A DNA stretch of 64,000 nt from Albugo candida (taxonomy: Eukaryota): contig JBDOQK010000039.1 of NCBI GenBank assembly GCA_040437565.1, forward strand, positions 248,001 to 312,000. Reading direction: 5' to 3'. Under the pieces are notes generated by a model. That model saw only the letters and a program-made list of their open reading frames with translations. It ran no database searches and was not told where the DNA came from. Position 1 is the first letter of the stretch, and every line of letters starts with the position of its first letter. A program made the translations under genes and the position numbers. Below are positions 33,735 to 45,965 of this stretch, one piece after another.

Positions 33735-36496
33735 TACCATTAACGTTCCATCTTTTTGGCGTGTTTTGTAATATTCTTGGATTCGTTCGTGCTCACAGAT
33801 TTGTGACCATCTGTTCTCAATTTTTAATGTGATAAAACGTTAGGTCCTCATGTCACGAAAACCGTAAGATAACCGTCCAAAGAATTTCAGAGTCACACGC
33901 TCACAAAAATGACACAAAATGAAGGTGATATAGCAAAACGCGGCTATTATCTCAATTATGAGACTTATTGAGATTCACATACCGCTCATAATCAAATTTT
34001 CATCGTATAGTTCACGTTTAAGAAACAAATGCATAACAAAATGAACAATACGAGCCAGTGGCTGCGTTGGGTTATGTGCCTTACCATGCTGATAGGGACT
34101 TGTGCATCCAATGAGACAGATACCGACACACCAAAAGCACTTTTTGAAAGTGTGCATGATATCACAATCGGACGGAGTGTTTTAGCAGGTTTGGGCATTG
34201 TCCTCGGGAGTCTTATAATGGTATCCGGATATCGTTACTTCCGTTCGACAATGGTCGTTTGTGCATTCCTCATTGGTGGAGTATTCGTCTCGGGTGTGAT
34301 CGAGGCCGCGTGGAGCAACAGAAACAGTATCACTCTGGCCACTTGGATATCGTTTTTTATTGGAGGTCTATTATGTGGTGCTTTAGTTCTCTGTCTGTAC
34401 AAAATTGGTGTATTCTTGGTCGGTGCGTTCGCTGGAGTACAACTTGCTGCCGTTCTAAACAGTTCTTTCGGATACAAAATTTCGGCAAGCAATCCAACCT
34501 TGGTGTTCATAGTACTCGCTATAGTGCTAGGGATCGTTGGAGGAATCATAACCTGTTGGGCTGAGCGTATCATCTTGATTCTTTTCACTTCTTTTGTTGG
34601 ATCTCAACTTCTCGTGTGGGGTATTGGCTACTTTGCGGGTAATTATCCGAATCCAACAGATCTGAAGTCAATGGGTAGGAAAACGATTGACGGACAATGG
34701 ACGTACGATATCCCGCACGTATGGTGGGCCTATGTAGCAGCAATGATTGTCCTGTTTGTGCTTGGCGCATACATCCAATTTCGTAAAACGAGTTCTGATG
34801 GCGTCGCTCATCATACGCGAGCACATCGCTCGGCAGCCATCGGAAAATCCTCCAATCATGCAAACACGCCAGTTCACGATAACAACACCACTCCCCAGGC
34901 TCATTACCGTCACATAGTGTAAAGACTGATTGTTTACGATATACATCTTCATGTCGCACGTGTCTCACTGCTCTGTCCGGTTTAGGAGGTGTTCTATTTG
35001 GATCAATTGAAACGTAAAATTCGTCGNNNNNNNNNNNNNNNNNNNNNNNNNNNNNNNNNNNNNNNNNNNNNNNNNNNNNNNNNNNNNNNNNNNNNNNNNN
35101 NNNNNNNNNNNNNNNNNNNNNNNNNNTGGGGCTATCTGGTCGGAATCATTCTATTGTTCATTTTATGCATGCTGGTGCAGTGCAAAAAAACCGCTAAAAT
35201 CTAATACCATTAACGTTCCATCTTTTTGGCGTGTTTTGTAATATTCTTGGATTCGTTCGTGCTCACAGATTTGTGACCATCTGTTCTCAATTTTTAATGT
35301 GATAAAACGTTAGGTCCTCATGTCACGAAAACCGTAAGATAACCGTCCAAAGAATTTCAGAGTCACACGCTCACAAAAATGACACAAAATGAAGGTGATA
35401 TAGCAAAACGCGGCTATTATCTCAATTATGAGACTTATTGAGATTCACATACCGCTCATAATCAAATTTTCATCGTATAGTTCACGTTTAAGAAACAAAT
35501 GCATAACAAAATGAACAATACGAGCCAGTGGCTGCGTTGGGTTATGTGCCTTACCATGCTGATAGGGACTTGTGCATCCAATGAGACAGATACCGACACA
35601 CCAAAAGCACTTTTTGAAAGTGTGCATGATATCACAATCGGACGGAGTGTTTTAGCAGGTTTGGGCATTGTCCTCGGGAGTCTTATAATGGTATCCGGAT
35701 ATCGTTACTTCCGTTCGACAATGGTCGTTTGTGCATTCCTCATTGGTGGAGTATTCGTCTCGGGTGTGATCGAGGCCGCGTGGAGCAACAGAAACAGTAT
35801 CACTCTGGCCACTTGGATATCGTTTTTTATTGGAGGTCTATTATGTGGTGCTTTAGTTCTCTGTCTGTACAAAATTGGTGTATTCTTGGTCGGTGCGTTC
35901 GCTGGAGTACAACTTGCTGCCGTTCTAAACAGTTCTTTCGGATACAAAATTTCGGCAAGCAATCCAACCTTGGTGTTCATAGTACTCGCTATAGTGCTAG
36001 GGATCGTTGGAGGAATCATAACCTGTTGGGCTGAGCGTATCATCTTGATTCTTTTCACTTCTTTTGTTGGATCTCAACTTCTCGTGTGGGGTATTGGCTA
36101 CTTTGTGGGTAATTATCCGAATCCAACAGATCTGAAGTCAATGGGTAGGAAAACGATTGACGGACAATGGACGTACGATATCCCGCACGTATGGTGGGCC
36201 TATGTAGCAGCAATGATTGTCCTGTTTGTGCTTGGCGCATACATCCAATTTCGTAAAACGAGTTCTGATGGCGTCGCTCATCATACGCGAGCACATCGCT
36301 CGGCAGCCATCGGAAAATCCTCCAATCATGCAAACACGCCAGTTCACGATAACAACACCACTCCCCAGGCTCATTACCGTCACATAGTGTAAAGACTGAT
36401 TGTTTACGATATACATCTTCATGTCGCACGTGTCTCACTGCTCTGTCCGGTTTAGGAGGTGTTCTATTTGGATCAATTGAAACGTAAAATTCGTCG
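33657..36496. repeat. Gap-flanking direct duplication: 33657-35026 = 35127-36496 (1370 bp), includes a second copy of the DUF4203 gene (35499-36392)
   Basis: Offset 1470 across gap 35027-35126; one substitution seen (C34636/T36106, Ala/Val). Confidence 0.9.
34029..34922 (+). CDS. TM7SF3/TMEM198-like (DUF4203) multi-pass membrane protein, paralogue 2
   Basis: Same architecture; GYRYFRSTM, GVFLVGAFAG, FTSFVGS, GYFAGNYPNP; clearly diverged from 32943-33734. Confidence 0.85.
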   Translation: MHNKMNNTSQWLRWVMCLTMLIGTCASNETDTDTPKALFESVHDITIGRSVLAGLGIVLGSLIMVSGYRYFRSTMVVCAFLIGGVFVSGVIEAAWSNRNSITLATWISFFIGGLLCGALVLCLYKIGVFLVGAFAGVQLAAVLNSSFGYKISASNPTLVFIVLAIVLGIVGGIITCWAERIILILFTSFVGSQLLVWGIGYFAGNYPNPTDLKSMGRKTIDGQWTYDIPHVWWAYVAAMIVLFVLGAYIQFRKTSSDGVAHHTRAHRSAAIGKSSNHANTPVHDNNTTPQAHYRHIV

Positions 36497-36787
36497 TTAA
36501 CTATCCAGTTCGTCTGTGCTACCCTTTGTTGCAAACTGGTTAGAATTAGTGCACCGCCTCTACTGTGGATTTTCTTTTCTATTCTTGTGACTTACATGAA
36601 TTCTCTTTTTGAAATTACTACCTTGTTCTTTACTGTTGAAAATCAAATCGGCGTCCCGCCTTTCCTATGTTGGTAAAGTCGTGTGCAAATAGTGTTTTTT
36701 GCGCCGATATCACACTACTCTATCTTGCACAGCTATCTATTACTTGGGCTCAAAATCATATACACCACATTCATCACGTATCCAATC

Positions 36788-38473
36788 ATGACAAAGCAGC
36801 GATGCGACTTTAAGGATCATTTAGCGACGCTCCGTCTCTCTGACCACGAAATCACAAGAATCGATAATTATATCGCATTTTTAATCCAAAATGCAATCAG
36901 TGGCTTGAAGAACCAATCATCACCGATTGGGAAGAGCGATGCCATTTGGAAGCCGTTTAAGAAAAGACAGAACATACTACTGCATAAGAAACGAAAGAAG
37001 CGATCGTATGATAGCAATACGAAACTTACTGCGTGGTCATCTTCTTCCCACAGCGAATTATCGCACAGCGATACGGCAATTGCTTTATTCGCCCAATCTG
37101 CTAATGAGATGACAACAAGCAGGAGGAAAGCACAACTCGGTTTTTCAAATATAAAAAATCCACGTGGAAAACCATTTGCAAGTTTGGGACCGTCCTCTTG
37201 TAGAAATACTCATGAGGCTGAATTTGATATTGATACTCTGACGAGCTCAAATTTGACGAATGATTTTTCCAGTCCGAAGCAATCCATTTTTAATTTGCCA
37301 TCCTTTGAATCTTACGACCCCGATACCATGGCATCCGGAACGATTCCGGGCGCATTGAACGACTTTATATTTGGGCTCCATGCGTCCGATGAGATCGGAC
37401 AGAAACAAAACGATATATATCTAAATGATGGCACATTAGACTCGGTTCTGCTTTGCAAACTCCACGGACCGTCTGCATCCGATCCGTTCCACTTTGTTGG
37501 TATAAAATGGCTTCTGAAGAGTTTTCCGACTTTGGCGAATTGCGCGACACGACTTCGAGATTTTGTCGTTGTAGAAGCAGTCGGCTTGAAAACCATTGCT
37601 ACTGGAGAGAGATTTGGATATTATATATTGCAATCGCTCGATATCAGTAACGTTCCGAATTTTGACTCGTCAGGTATCCATCGAGGGAAGCTCTCCATGT
37701 GCGTGGTGGCTTCGGAGAGAGAATTAACGCCCAAAGTTTGTCAAGATCGCTCTTTTCAACAAAACTATGGTGCGTTATTCTCGAGTAACTTGACTCAATC
37801 CTGCACGACTGGAAGTAAAGCTAATTCAAGCTCCAATGAAGAAGATGGTGCATCTGGAAAGCTACAAATTCATTGCTTTGCTTCATATGATTGCAAATCC
37901 TCAGCCATCGAATCTGGTTCTCTACGGTTCTTACCTGAGGCAGTTTTCTCCATCACCAATGCCACCAACTGCGCTTTCATGAAGCGATTAGCTCATGCAA
38001 TTCAACGAAATTCCGTGGAGATTTCGTCTGTATGTATGGATGGAAATCATAGTGATGCATATTTGCTCGATCAAGTGCCAACAATAGCGAAGAAAGCTAG
38101 CGATTCATACTTGTGGGAAGAAAACGTCGTGCCAAGCTTTCCGACTTTTCGACCTTCTGTTCATCAGCAATCGAGAGGGTCTCACTGCAGTACATGTCAT
38201 CGGACAGTCAATTTGTGGCGGGTGATGCAAAAAGGAAAAGTTTGTCGACTTTGCAGTCAAGTTTTCTGCACCAGGTGCAGTGTGGATCTCAAAATGTTGG
38301 CCCAGACAACTTCATCGAAAAACGACAAGCACAATAAAATCCAAATGCACTCGGTACGCTTCTGTCTACCGTGTGTCGTTCAAGTTCGCAATGTGTCAAC
38401 GTGGGATGTCGCACTTCACAGCGTTCATAAACAAGAACAAATTTTGGCTGCGATTCAATTCTGTCCATTTTGA
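36788..38473 (+). CDS. Oomycete-type START-like + FYVE zinc-finger protein
   Basis: GTIPGALNDFIFG, DPFHFVGIKW, RDFVVVEAVG, GYYILQS, IHRGKLS followed by CSTC...CRLCSQVFCTRC...FCLPC. Confidence 0.8.
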   Translation: MTKQRCDFKDHLATLRLSDHEITRIDNYIAFLIQNAISGLKNQSSPIGKSDAIWKPFKKRQNILLHKKRKKRSYDSNTKLTAWSSSSHSELSHSDTAIALFAQSANEMTTSRRKAQLGFSNIKNPRGKPFASLGPSSCRNTHEAEFDIDTLTSSNLTNDFSSPKQSIFNLPSFESYDPDTMASGTIPGALNDFIFGLHASDEIGQKQNDIYLNDGTLDSVLLCKLHGPSASDPFHFVGIKWLLKSFPTLANCATRLRDFVVVEAVGLKTIATGERFGYYILQSLDISNVPNFDSSGIHRGKLSMCVVASERELTPKVCQDRSFQQNYGALFSSNLTQSCTTGSKANSSSNEEDGASGKLQIHCFASYDCKSSAIESGSLRFLPEAVFSITNATNCAFMKRLAHAIQRNSVEISSVCMDGNHSDAYLLDQVPTIAKKASDSYLWEENVVPSFPTFRPSVHQQSRGSHCSTCHRTVNLWRVMQKGKVCRLCSQVFCTRCSVDLKMLAQTTSSKNDKHNKIQMHSVRFCLPCVVQVRNVSTWDVALHSVHKQEQILAAIQFCPF

Positions 38474-38888
38474 CACTTGAAGAATATTTATCGACCAATG
38501 GTCAAAATCGGTAGATGTGAGAATCGGGAAAAAATCATTGAAAATCGATTACTCATTTTTGAGTGAGAAATGCCATCGGTACAGCTCGTAAGTACAACGG
38601 AAGCTTAAGTGTGTATCCGAAAACAAGTGGCATTCAGCTTATAGTTTGTAGCTATGCGAGCATGCATATTTACAGCAGTACACTTAATAGACGGCGCTTA
38701 GCCTTGAGACAATTTGCTGATCTTTATACTTCAACACTTTGTACTCTAAAACTTCATATTCATATCAGAGGCAACGGATTGTTTCTTAAATTGCAACCGT
38801 AATTGCGGGATGACGGCTGTGTATATCATTGGTTGAATATAGCCACTTGTGCGGCTAGTTTTGGCAACCAATCAGATCCTTTGAAGAA

Positions 38889-39218
38889 ATGAGCAGGGAA
38901 TCATCCGATGATGAGGCACCCCATGTTGTCTCGAAAGTTGCGGCTAAAGAGGAAGCACTCGCACAAAGAAGAGTGGAAAAAAATGCGATAAGGAGTAATA
39001 ACAAGAGAAAAAGAATATCGAGGTAGTTGGAGGTGGTTCATACTGTGCATTGCGGTGATTTTTAGCTATAATTTACTTGTAGAAAACGACTTGAGTCGAA
39101 ATCAGACGAACAGGAAAGAAATAATGATACAGCTCAGCCAACAACGCTTCCCGATGACGTGATAAAGGCATTAGCAAATCACGAAGAGTGAGTGCATTAT
39201 GGCAATACGGGTCACATA
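38889..39218 (+). CDS. 5' part of a U3 snoRNP-associated NOL7/Utp16-like protein, truncated by gap
   Basis: Spliced MSRESSDDEAPHVVSKVAAKEEALAQRRVEK...KRKRIS|RKRLESKS...TTLPDDVIKALANHE; SDDEAP, basic NLS and LPDDV pattern; runs into gap 39219-39318. Confidence 0.5.
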
Positions 39219-39406
39219 NNNNNNNNNNNNNNNNNNNNNNNNNNNNNNNNNNNNNNNNNNNNNNNNNNNNNNNNNNNNNNNNNNNNNNNNNNNNNNNNNN
39301 NNNNNNNNNNNNNNNNNNAGTTCATAGCGAGCATCGATAGATAGAGGTGATATATTAATACAGGTCATTCATTTGCATTCACTCTTCCTTCTACCAGCTT
39401 CGTTCT

Positions 39407-41001
39407 ATGAGCGAAATTGATCCCATTGTATACGACCCTAGAACCGTCACTCATGCTACAGTCCGACGTCTGAATGAAGCTGCATCATCGCGGTCAAAAG
39501 TGTGCTCGCGATCGCTCTCAGAGCGCAAGATTTTCACTCCGACACCCGACAAGCTCGTGCTTGTGATGGTAGGGCTTCCAGCCCGCGGCAAATCCTTCAT
39601 CGCAAAAAAACTGTGGAAATTTCTCTGCTGGAAAGGTTTTCGCTGCAAAGTGTTCAATGTCGGTCAAGTTCGACGAAGCTTTTGTACCGACGAACAAGAT
39701 CATCGATTTTTTGATCCATTGAATGAAAAAGGCAAAGAAGCTCGCGAACAACTTGCCATGCAAGTCTTAGAACAGGTCAAAATGTGGTTTCTAAGCGATT
39801 CCGAGCCAAATAAGTGCGGTGATGTCGCTATATTCGATGCTACAAATACCACAAAACAAAGGCGGAGAATGTTGATGGACAGCATGGACGAGTTTGCAAA
39901 ACAGCATGATTTTTTTGTATACATGGTTTATATAGAGAGCATATGCACGAAAGAAGCAGTTATCAACGCCAACATCGCACAGAAAATCGCATTTAGTCCA
40001 GATTACGCCAAATTTTCTTCCAGCGAGGACGCTATACACGATTTGAAGCTTCGAATGCAAAACTATGAGCGCGCATATCAAGTCTTGACGGACGAGGAGG
40101 AACTTAGTTATATCAAATTGTTTGATTTGCAATCCAAAGTGCACGTCAAAGGAATGTACGTGACGTTGTGAGGATTCCCAAAGAATATCTGCTGAGGAAC
40201 GGGAGGTCTTGTGCGTAGTTATGGACATGTAGCCAAGTCAATTTTGCCGTATATGATGAGTTTCCACGTTGAGCACCGACCTATCTGGCTTGTTCGTGCT
40301 GGTCATTGCAATGAAATGATGACGGACTTCACACGTGTGGTGAAAGATCCTTGTGCTGTGTCACGATCGGCTCATTTGAGTGCACTGGGTCTTAATTTTG
40401 CACGATCGCTTGCTGACTTTGTGCAGGAGAGGACAGAAGTGTTGATGCATCCGACGGTGAATGGTTCCTCAGGCATTAATGCACACTGCCAAGCATCTTG
40501 TCTTGTCATGACTTCGACGCTACCACGCGCAGTGGAAACTGCGGAATACCTGCCCCATGAACAATACAAGCAATATGCCACGTTGAATCCACTCGATAAA
40601 GGAGAATGTTACGGCATGAGTATGGAGCAAATACAGGACGAGCTGCCGGTACGATCACTTGTTAGAGTGTTACCGATAGTTTGTGAAATTTTGTTCGTTT
40701 TCAGGAATTTTACACGGTGTACATGAGAGACCCGTGGAAGGCAAGATTTCCCGGGGGCGAATCGTACTTTGACTTGATGCTTCGGCTGGAGCCAATTTTG
40801 ATTGATATCGAGCAGCACACTGGTCCGGTCATTTTGATCTCTCATATCTCGACTTTACAGGTTTTATACTCGTACTTTTTGGGAATTCCGATCGAAAAAT
40901 GCTCCAGTTTGGAGATTCCGTTTCATTCCGTGCTCGAGCTACTTCCGAATCAGGACGGCTGGAACAAGAAAATCTTTTCGCTGGATACGACAAGCAATTG
41001 A
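39407..41001 (+). CDS. 6-phosphofructo-2-kinase / fructose-2,6-bisphosphatase family, 3 exons
   Basis: VMVGLPARGKS, FNVGQVRR, AIFDATNTT, IESIC, SPDY, LSYIK; phosphatase-fold domain with STLPRAVETA and RFPGGESY. Confidence 0.92.
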
Positions 41002-41065
41002 AAGCCTCACTCCGCACACAACCTGGTTAAGGACTTGAGGCTTTGATTAGTTTGAAAGTGAAAAC

Positions 41066-42506
41066 TCATCGACATAAATGCATTGGTGGAGGTACAGTCG
41101 GCACCATACCAAGAACAAATTCGCTGGCCTCGTATTGCTTTAAATTCCATGCTTCATCTCGTATCACCGCATTTTGAGAGTTAGTGAAGTTGGCTTCCCT
41201 ACCCGTCACCGCCACATGAGACTTATCTGATGCTCTACCTCGATCGTCAATTGATTTTTCCCGTGTAGATGACTTGTCTGGTACATTTAAAGGTCCTTCA
41301 GCTCCTTCTACAGGTCCTCGTGTCGCACTTGGAAATGATAGATTGCTAGGCACACCAAAGCAAACACCTTTTGACTGAAATACAGGGGGAGTGGACGCAG
41401 GTTTGTCGAACAAAGTTCTAGCAGTGGGCGGTACAAGAGGCTCATTCGACGACGAAGTTTGAGTTTCGTCAATCATGCTATCCGCGGGCTCGCTGTTACC
41501 ATCAAAAGTTGCAATTGGTCTTTGGAATATCTGCTGATCACTTGGCGAAGAAAATGGATTCACGTTTCCCGATGCAGGTTGGGCTGTTTGACCATGCTGT
41601 TCTCCGCCCACATTTCCAAAACCCGTCGGTAATACGCCAAAAGGACTCAACGATGGAGCCGTCATTCCAAATCCTGTAGTGCTGGCGCCAGTTGCCGTGT
41701 TTTCGAATGCGCTGAAGCCCGAATTCACATTGGCCGAGCTATTGAATGTATTATTGCCAGCAAATGCGCTCTTTTGAAAGGAATTGTTGTTTGTGAGCAA
41801 TGCGTTCGATGCGAATGGGTTCCCGCTGCTTGGTTTGTCTTGAAATGATCCCTGATGCTGAGTTGAGGGCAACCGTGAGGCGCTTGCGCCAAATTGCGTC
41901 GAAAAAGCTGTCTTTTGACCGCTCGCAAACGAATTGTTGCTGAAGCTCATAGTCTGTACGTTACTCAGTTTCTCCCCTCCGAGAAGCAGCTTCCGAGCAT
42001 TCCCATTTTCTTTCATGAGCGCAATAACTTGAGATTTCTGTTGCTGCTTCAACCTCAAAAGTTCTTGTAAAGATTGTGTCTATGTTGCATAACGTGCTAG
42101 AATGATAAACTGTCAGATAAGTGGTGGATACCTGTGCTATGCAACTTCCAGACAATTTTATCTGCTCGTACGCGACAAATCGAATCTCTTCGGGACTTAA
42201 ATCATCGTCAACTGCATTGGGAAGCTTGCGCACATGATATTATGAGATCTGGTTTGATTACAAGGAGTTTTAACATACCCCTCTATCCACAGCGAAGCCA
42301 GAATACGGATACAAAATCGAGCTGGACAACTCATTAATGATAATTTCGACTTTCTTCTCGTCAGACGGCTGGGAATTCGCCACAGGTTTGCTACTTGGTT
42401 TCTTCGATCGAAAGTCTGAATGAGAAAAATTACAACTCTTTCCTCGACGACAATTTCCTTGTGCGTAGAAGCGACATTGAATTGCGCTCGACATTCCTCT
42501 TGACAT
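41066..42506 (-). CDS. NUP42: CCCH zinc-finger nucleoporin, NUP42/NUPL2(hCG1)/Amo1-like, 3 exons
   Basis: N-terminal CRFYAQGNCRRGKSCNFSH, DLSPEEIR, FG/NPF-rich middle, C-terminal YEASEFVLGMVPTVPPP resembling the Gle1-binding motif. Confidence 0.75.
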
Positions 42507-43035
42507 CTCGATATATCAGCCAATCAAATGCGAATCGATACGTTGCTGAGATTGGCTAAATATAAGCATTACATCGTGCTTGACACTAATAATTTGCAGT
42601 CCAAAAGCCATCTTATTCTTCAAAATGAGAGCTATTGCTTAAAGCACATGCTAAGCGATTTGTCTCTAATTAAGATGCTTTAAGATCCTACCAAATTTAA
42701 CGCATGCCCGCAGATGTAGTGAATCAAAACTAGACTTCAAATGTCAAAAGGATTGCATACTTTTAAAAGCGAAATTGGAAGCTAAGCGGGGAACCTAGCA
42801 TGATACCAGCAATACACCGGGTTGGAAATGGACGTTAAAGTACCTCAAAAAGTGCGCATCACGTTTAATTTGTCAGCGAAGTAGAGTACTAAGCGAATAA
42901 AAGTCGTATGGCTTAATTGTCAACTCGAGCAAAGTCTTAATAATAAAGCGAGATTGTGATTCGTTATTTCGACCATCTATTTCCACCAATCTGTTATCCT
43001 CGTAACAACTCTCTCGTGCCAAACAAATTCCCGTT

Positions 43036-45222
43036 ATGGAGCAAAAACGTCGAGATTCTTTACCGACTTGTATCGTCTGTTGCAATGTCATTGACAATAA
43101 GGAGAGATTTCACACAATAGGGAAATGTAATCATCCAAGTTGCTGTAGTGTTTGCTTCTTACGTTTGCGTCAGCTCTTTGATAATTACTCTTGTCCATAT
43201 TGCAAAATGGAATTGTCGCGTGTGATCACAATAAAAAACGTCGAAAAAGACCGATACGACCATTTCCAAGACTGGGGTGACGACACGATCGGTCCAGAAC
43301 ACATTTACGACTCCCTTTCCGATATGTACGTCTTGCGCTCTCATTATCCTCAGCTCTGCGCTCTGAGAAGCATACAATGCTCCCTTTGTCCGAAAGCTCT
43401 CAAATTCTCATCTGTGAAAGAATTACAGACACACTACCAACAAACACATCAGAAATTCTTCTGCTCACTGTGTTTGGCAAACAGAAAGCAATTTATACAA
43501 GAGCAAAAATTGTACTCGAAGAGTATGCTGCAGAATCATATGAGCTGGAACGATATAAAAGATGGGCGAAAATCGTCGGTGGATGGATTTGAAGGGCATC
43601 CTCGATGTGATTTCTGTAAGACGCAATTCTACTCAACGGTGGAGCTGTACGACCACGTCCGACATCACCACTTTGAATGCGATATCTGTTTACGACAACT
43701 TCATATCGAAAATCGATACTATAAAGATTATTTGGATTTACAGAATCATTTCAGAATGAGCCATTTTCTGTGTGAAGAACCTGGCTGCCTGGAGAAGAAA
43801 TTTGTTGTTTTTAAGAATGAGGTCGATTATCAGGCTCACATGGGATCAGATCATCCGGGAATCAGAATCAGTCGGAAGCTTAATGTGCATTTCAACGTCA
43901 AGAGAGCGAATCAGGATGGAACTGGTAGAAGCAATGAAGCTGATGAGGAAGCAAACACAGCCTTCAGCTCATTGTCTGTATCACAGCATCCCGAGCCTGT
44001 GATTGACGTTGCTGATTTTCCATCACTTACGTCGATCCACAATGGACCGACACTCTCTCGATGGTCAACACCTATAGAACAAAGGCCAAGGAGAGAAGAT
44101 TTCCCAGCATTACAACCATCTACCTCCGCTGGGAATCGTGGATTTCGAGATGTATTAGCTCCACGACCGACGCCAGCAATGTCTGCGCACATGAGCAATT
44201 CAGACCCGTGGAGCTATCCCGAGTTCACACGAGCAGCTGATGCATTGGGGGCAAATAATCCGCTTATGAGATTTGTTAAACCATCAAAGCGAAAGAAAAA
44301 AGGGAAAAAGACGGGAAATGTCGTACAGGAATCAAAACCTTTTTCGGAATCGAATGTAATGGAGCAGGAAGAGAAGCCGAGCGAGACAAAGGCTGAAGTG
44401 ATTAACGAACACCAGCCAATGGGGCATCCACCTTCGAAAAGTGCCATAACTCTTTTGATCTCACAAAAACTTGGAAGTCATGAGAAATATGAAATTTTTC
44501 GCCTATTATGTCGTCAATTTTCTCAGTCCGAGATGGAAGTCGATGCTTTCTATAGCAAGATCCGTCCGATGTTTGACGCGGAAGATTTCGACCAGCTCGT
44601 ATGTCAATTAATTGAGCTCATGCCCCACTTTGATCGACGAGAGCTTTTCTTTGCCCATCATCGGCTTCAGAAGGAGGCGAAACAACCACCAGCACAAGCG
44701 AGTCCACCAAGATGTCAAAAGTCCTCCAGGAATGTGCAAGCACGATCAGGCTGGTCTGCGACTCTTTTCCAGCCTTCTGGTGGCGCTACACCTCGCCAAC
44801 AAATCTCTCTAAATGAGGTATCTCGAGCTTCCCACGCTACGTCTACAACAAGAGCTTCGCCTACAACAAGAGCTTCGCCTGAAGCGTTCAATAGGAATGC
44901 GGCGAACCCTCCACCAGCGGCACCACGATCCTTTGCATCGATCATGCTTCACGAGAGCCCGGCTCCGACCCGCGCACCGCCAGCTCCTGTTCCTGCGAAA
45001 GCTCTATACAAATCGACAAAGTCCGAGTTTCCAGAACTCCCGAAAGCTGCCAATCATGTTGGAATGGAAGCGGTGACGCGTGCGACATGGGACGAACAGC
45101 TACAGCGTGTTGTTGAACGCTCTGCACCTCAGCATCCATCCGTCTCAACAAAGAAAGGTAAAGGACGTAAGCACAAGAACAAATCCATGACACTCGGCGA
45201 AATCGCAATGAAGTACGGGTAG
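43036..45222 (+). CDS. ZNF598: ZNF598/Hel2-like RING E3 ubiquitin ligase (ribosome quality control)
   Basis: RING CIVCC...CNHPSCCSVCFLRLR...CPYCK, C2H2 array, GHPRCDFC, HFLCEEPGCLEKKFVVF, repeated DFPxL motifs. Confidence 0.88.
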   Translation: MEQKRRDSLPTCIVCCNVIDNKERFHTIGKCNHPSCCSVCFLRLRQLFDNYSCPYCKMELSRVITIKNVEKDRYDHFQDWGDDTIGPEHIYDSLSDMYVLRSHYPQLCALRSIQCSLCPKALKFSSVKELQTHYQQTHQKFFCSLCLANRKQFIQEQKLYSKSMLQNHMSWNDIKDGRKSSVDGFEGHPRCDFCKTQFYSTVELYDHVRHHHFECDICLRQLHIENRYYKDYLDLQNHFRMSHFLCEEPGCLEKKFVVFKNEVDYQAHMGSDHPGIRISRKLNVHFNVKRANQDGTGRSNEADEEANTAFSSLSVSQHPEPVIDVADFPSLTSIHNGPTLSRWSTPIEQRPRREDFPALQPSTSAGNRGFRDVLAPRPTPAMSAHMSNSDPWSYPEFTRAADALGANNPLMRFVKPSKRKKKGKKTGNVVQESKPFSESNVMEQEEKPSETKAEVINEHQPMGHPPSKSAITLLISQKLGSHEKYEIFRLLCRQFSQSEMEVDAFYSKIRPMFDAEDFDQLVCQLIELMPHFDRRELFFAHHRLQKEAKQPPAQASPPRCQKSSRNVQARSGWSATLFQPSGGATPRQQISLNEVSRASHATSTTRASPTTRASPEAFNRNAANPPPAAPRSFASIMLHESPAPTRAPPAPVPAKALYKSTKSEFPELPKAANHVGMEAVTRATWDEQLQRVVERSAPQHPSVSTKKGKGRKHKNKSMTLGEIAMKYG

Positions 45223-45363
45223 ATAGCGTGAAAGTGTTTCAGAGTCCATTAGAGCAATACAGTCGTGCTGTTTATCTTTGCTCTGAGCAGCTTTTCTCTC
45301 TAATCCGTCCGATTCGACTCACTACATGGTGTCTATTTGTATCCGACGCAGCCTCGTCAAAGT

Positions 45364-45748
45364 ATGGAGCTACGGGGTAAAGTATGGAGCCGTAATCATT
45401 TGCGATTGCTCTACATGCTCTACCGCTTTGCAATGTACCCGGGCGCAACCGATCGAGAGGAAAAATGGCTTCGAAGCCTTCCGTTCCAAGTGATTGTGTA
45501 TGAAGCGATTCTGAATGGGATTCTCGAGTATGACTATGCTCCAATGTGTGTCAATATTTTCAAACTCGGCCGTTCTCGACGCATTTGGATGAATATTAGC
45601 CAAGATGCTCGAGCTGCTGTCGATGATCTCAGAGAGTATGCTCTTGTGAATGCTCTAAAGACATTCAGCGAGGATTTCCAGCCATCGACAGCCTTCCAGG
45701 TTCTCATTTGAGCGCTCGCTGTCCATTGCTCACTAATTCATAGGTAAC
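45364..45748 (+). CDS. 5' exon(s) of an uncharacterised protein, truncated by gap
   Basis: MELRGKVWSRNHLRLLYMLYRFA...YEAILNGILEYDYAP...RRIWMNISQDARAAVDDLRE...SEDFQPSTAFQ then a GT intron; globular composition. Confidence 0.65.
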
Positions 45749-45965
45749 NNNNNNNNNNNNNNNNNNNNNNNNNNNNNNNNNNNNNNNNNNNNNNNNNNNN
45801 NNNNNNNNNNNNNNNNNNNNNNNNNNNNNNNNNNNNNNNNNNNNNNNNGAAACAGAGCAAAGCCGCTTCAATGAGGTCCATTGCGCTTCGAGAATCGCAA
45901 AAAATCTATCCGACGATATGATTATCTGTGAAGCGTATTCTGACATAAAGATTTGCACTATCGGT

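Noticed and set aside
35499..36392. Third DUF4203 paralogue
   Set aside because: Differs by one visible base from 34029-34922 and lies in a gap-flanking duplication; probably the other allele
44843..44880. 18-bp tandem repeat (CTACAACAAGAGCTTCGC x2) as a CRISPR-like or regulatory repeat
   Set aside because: In-frame coding microduplication (TTRASP x2) in a disordered region of ZNF598; no spacers
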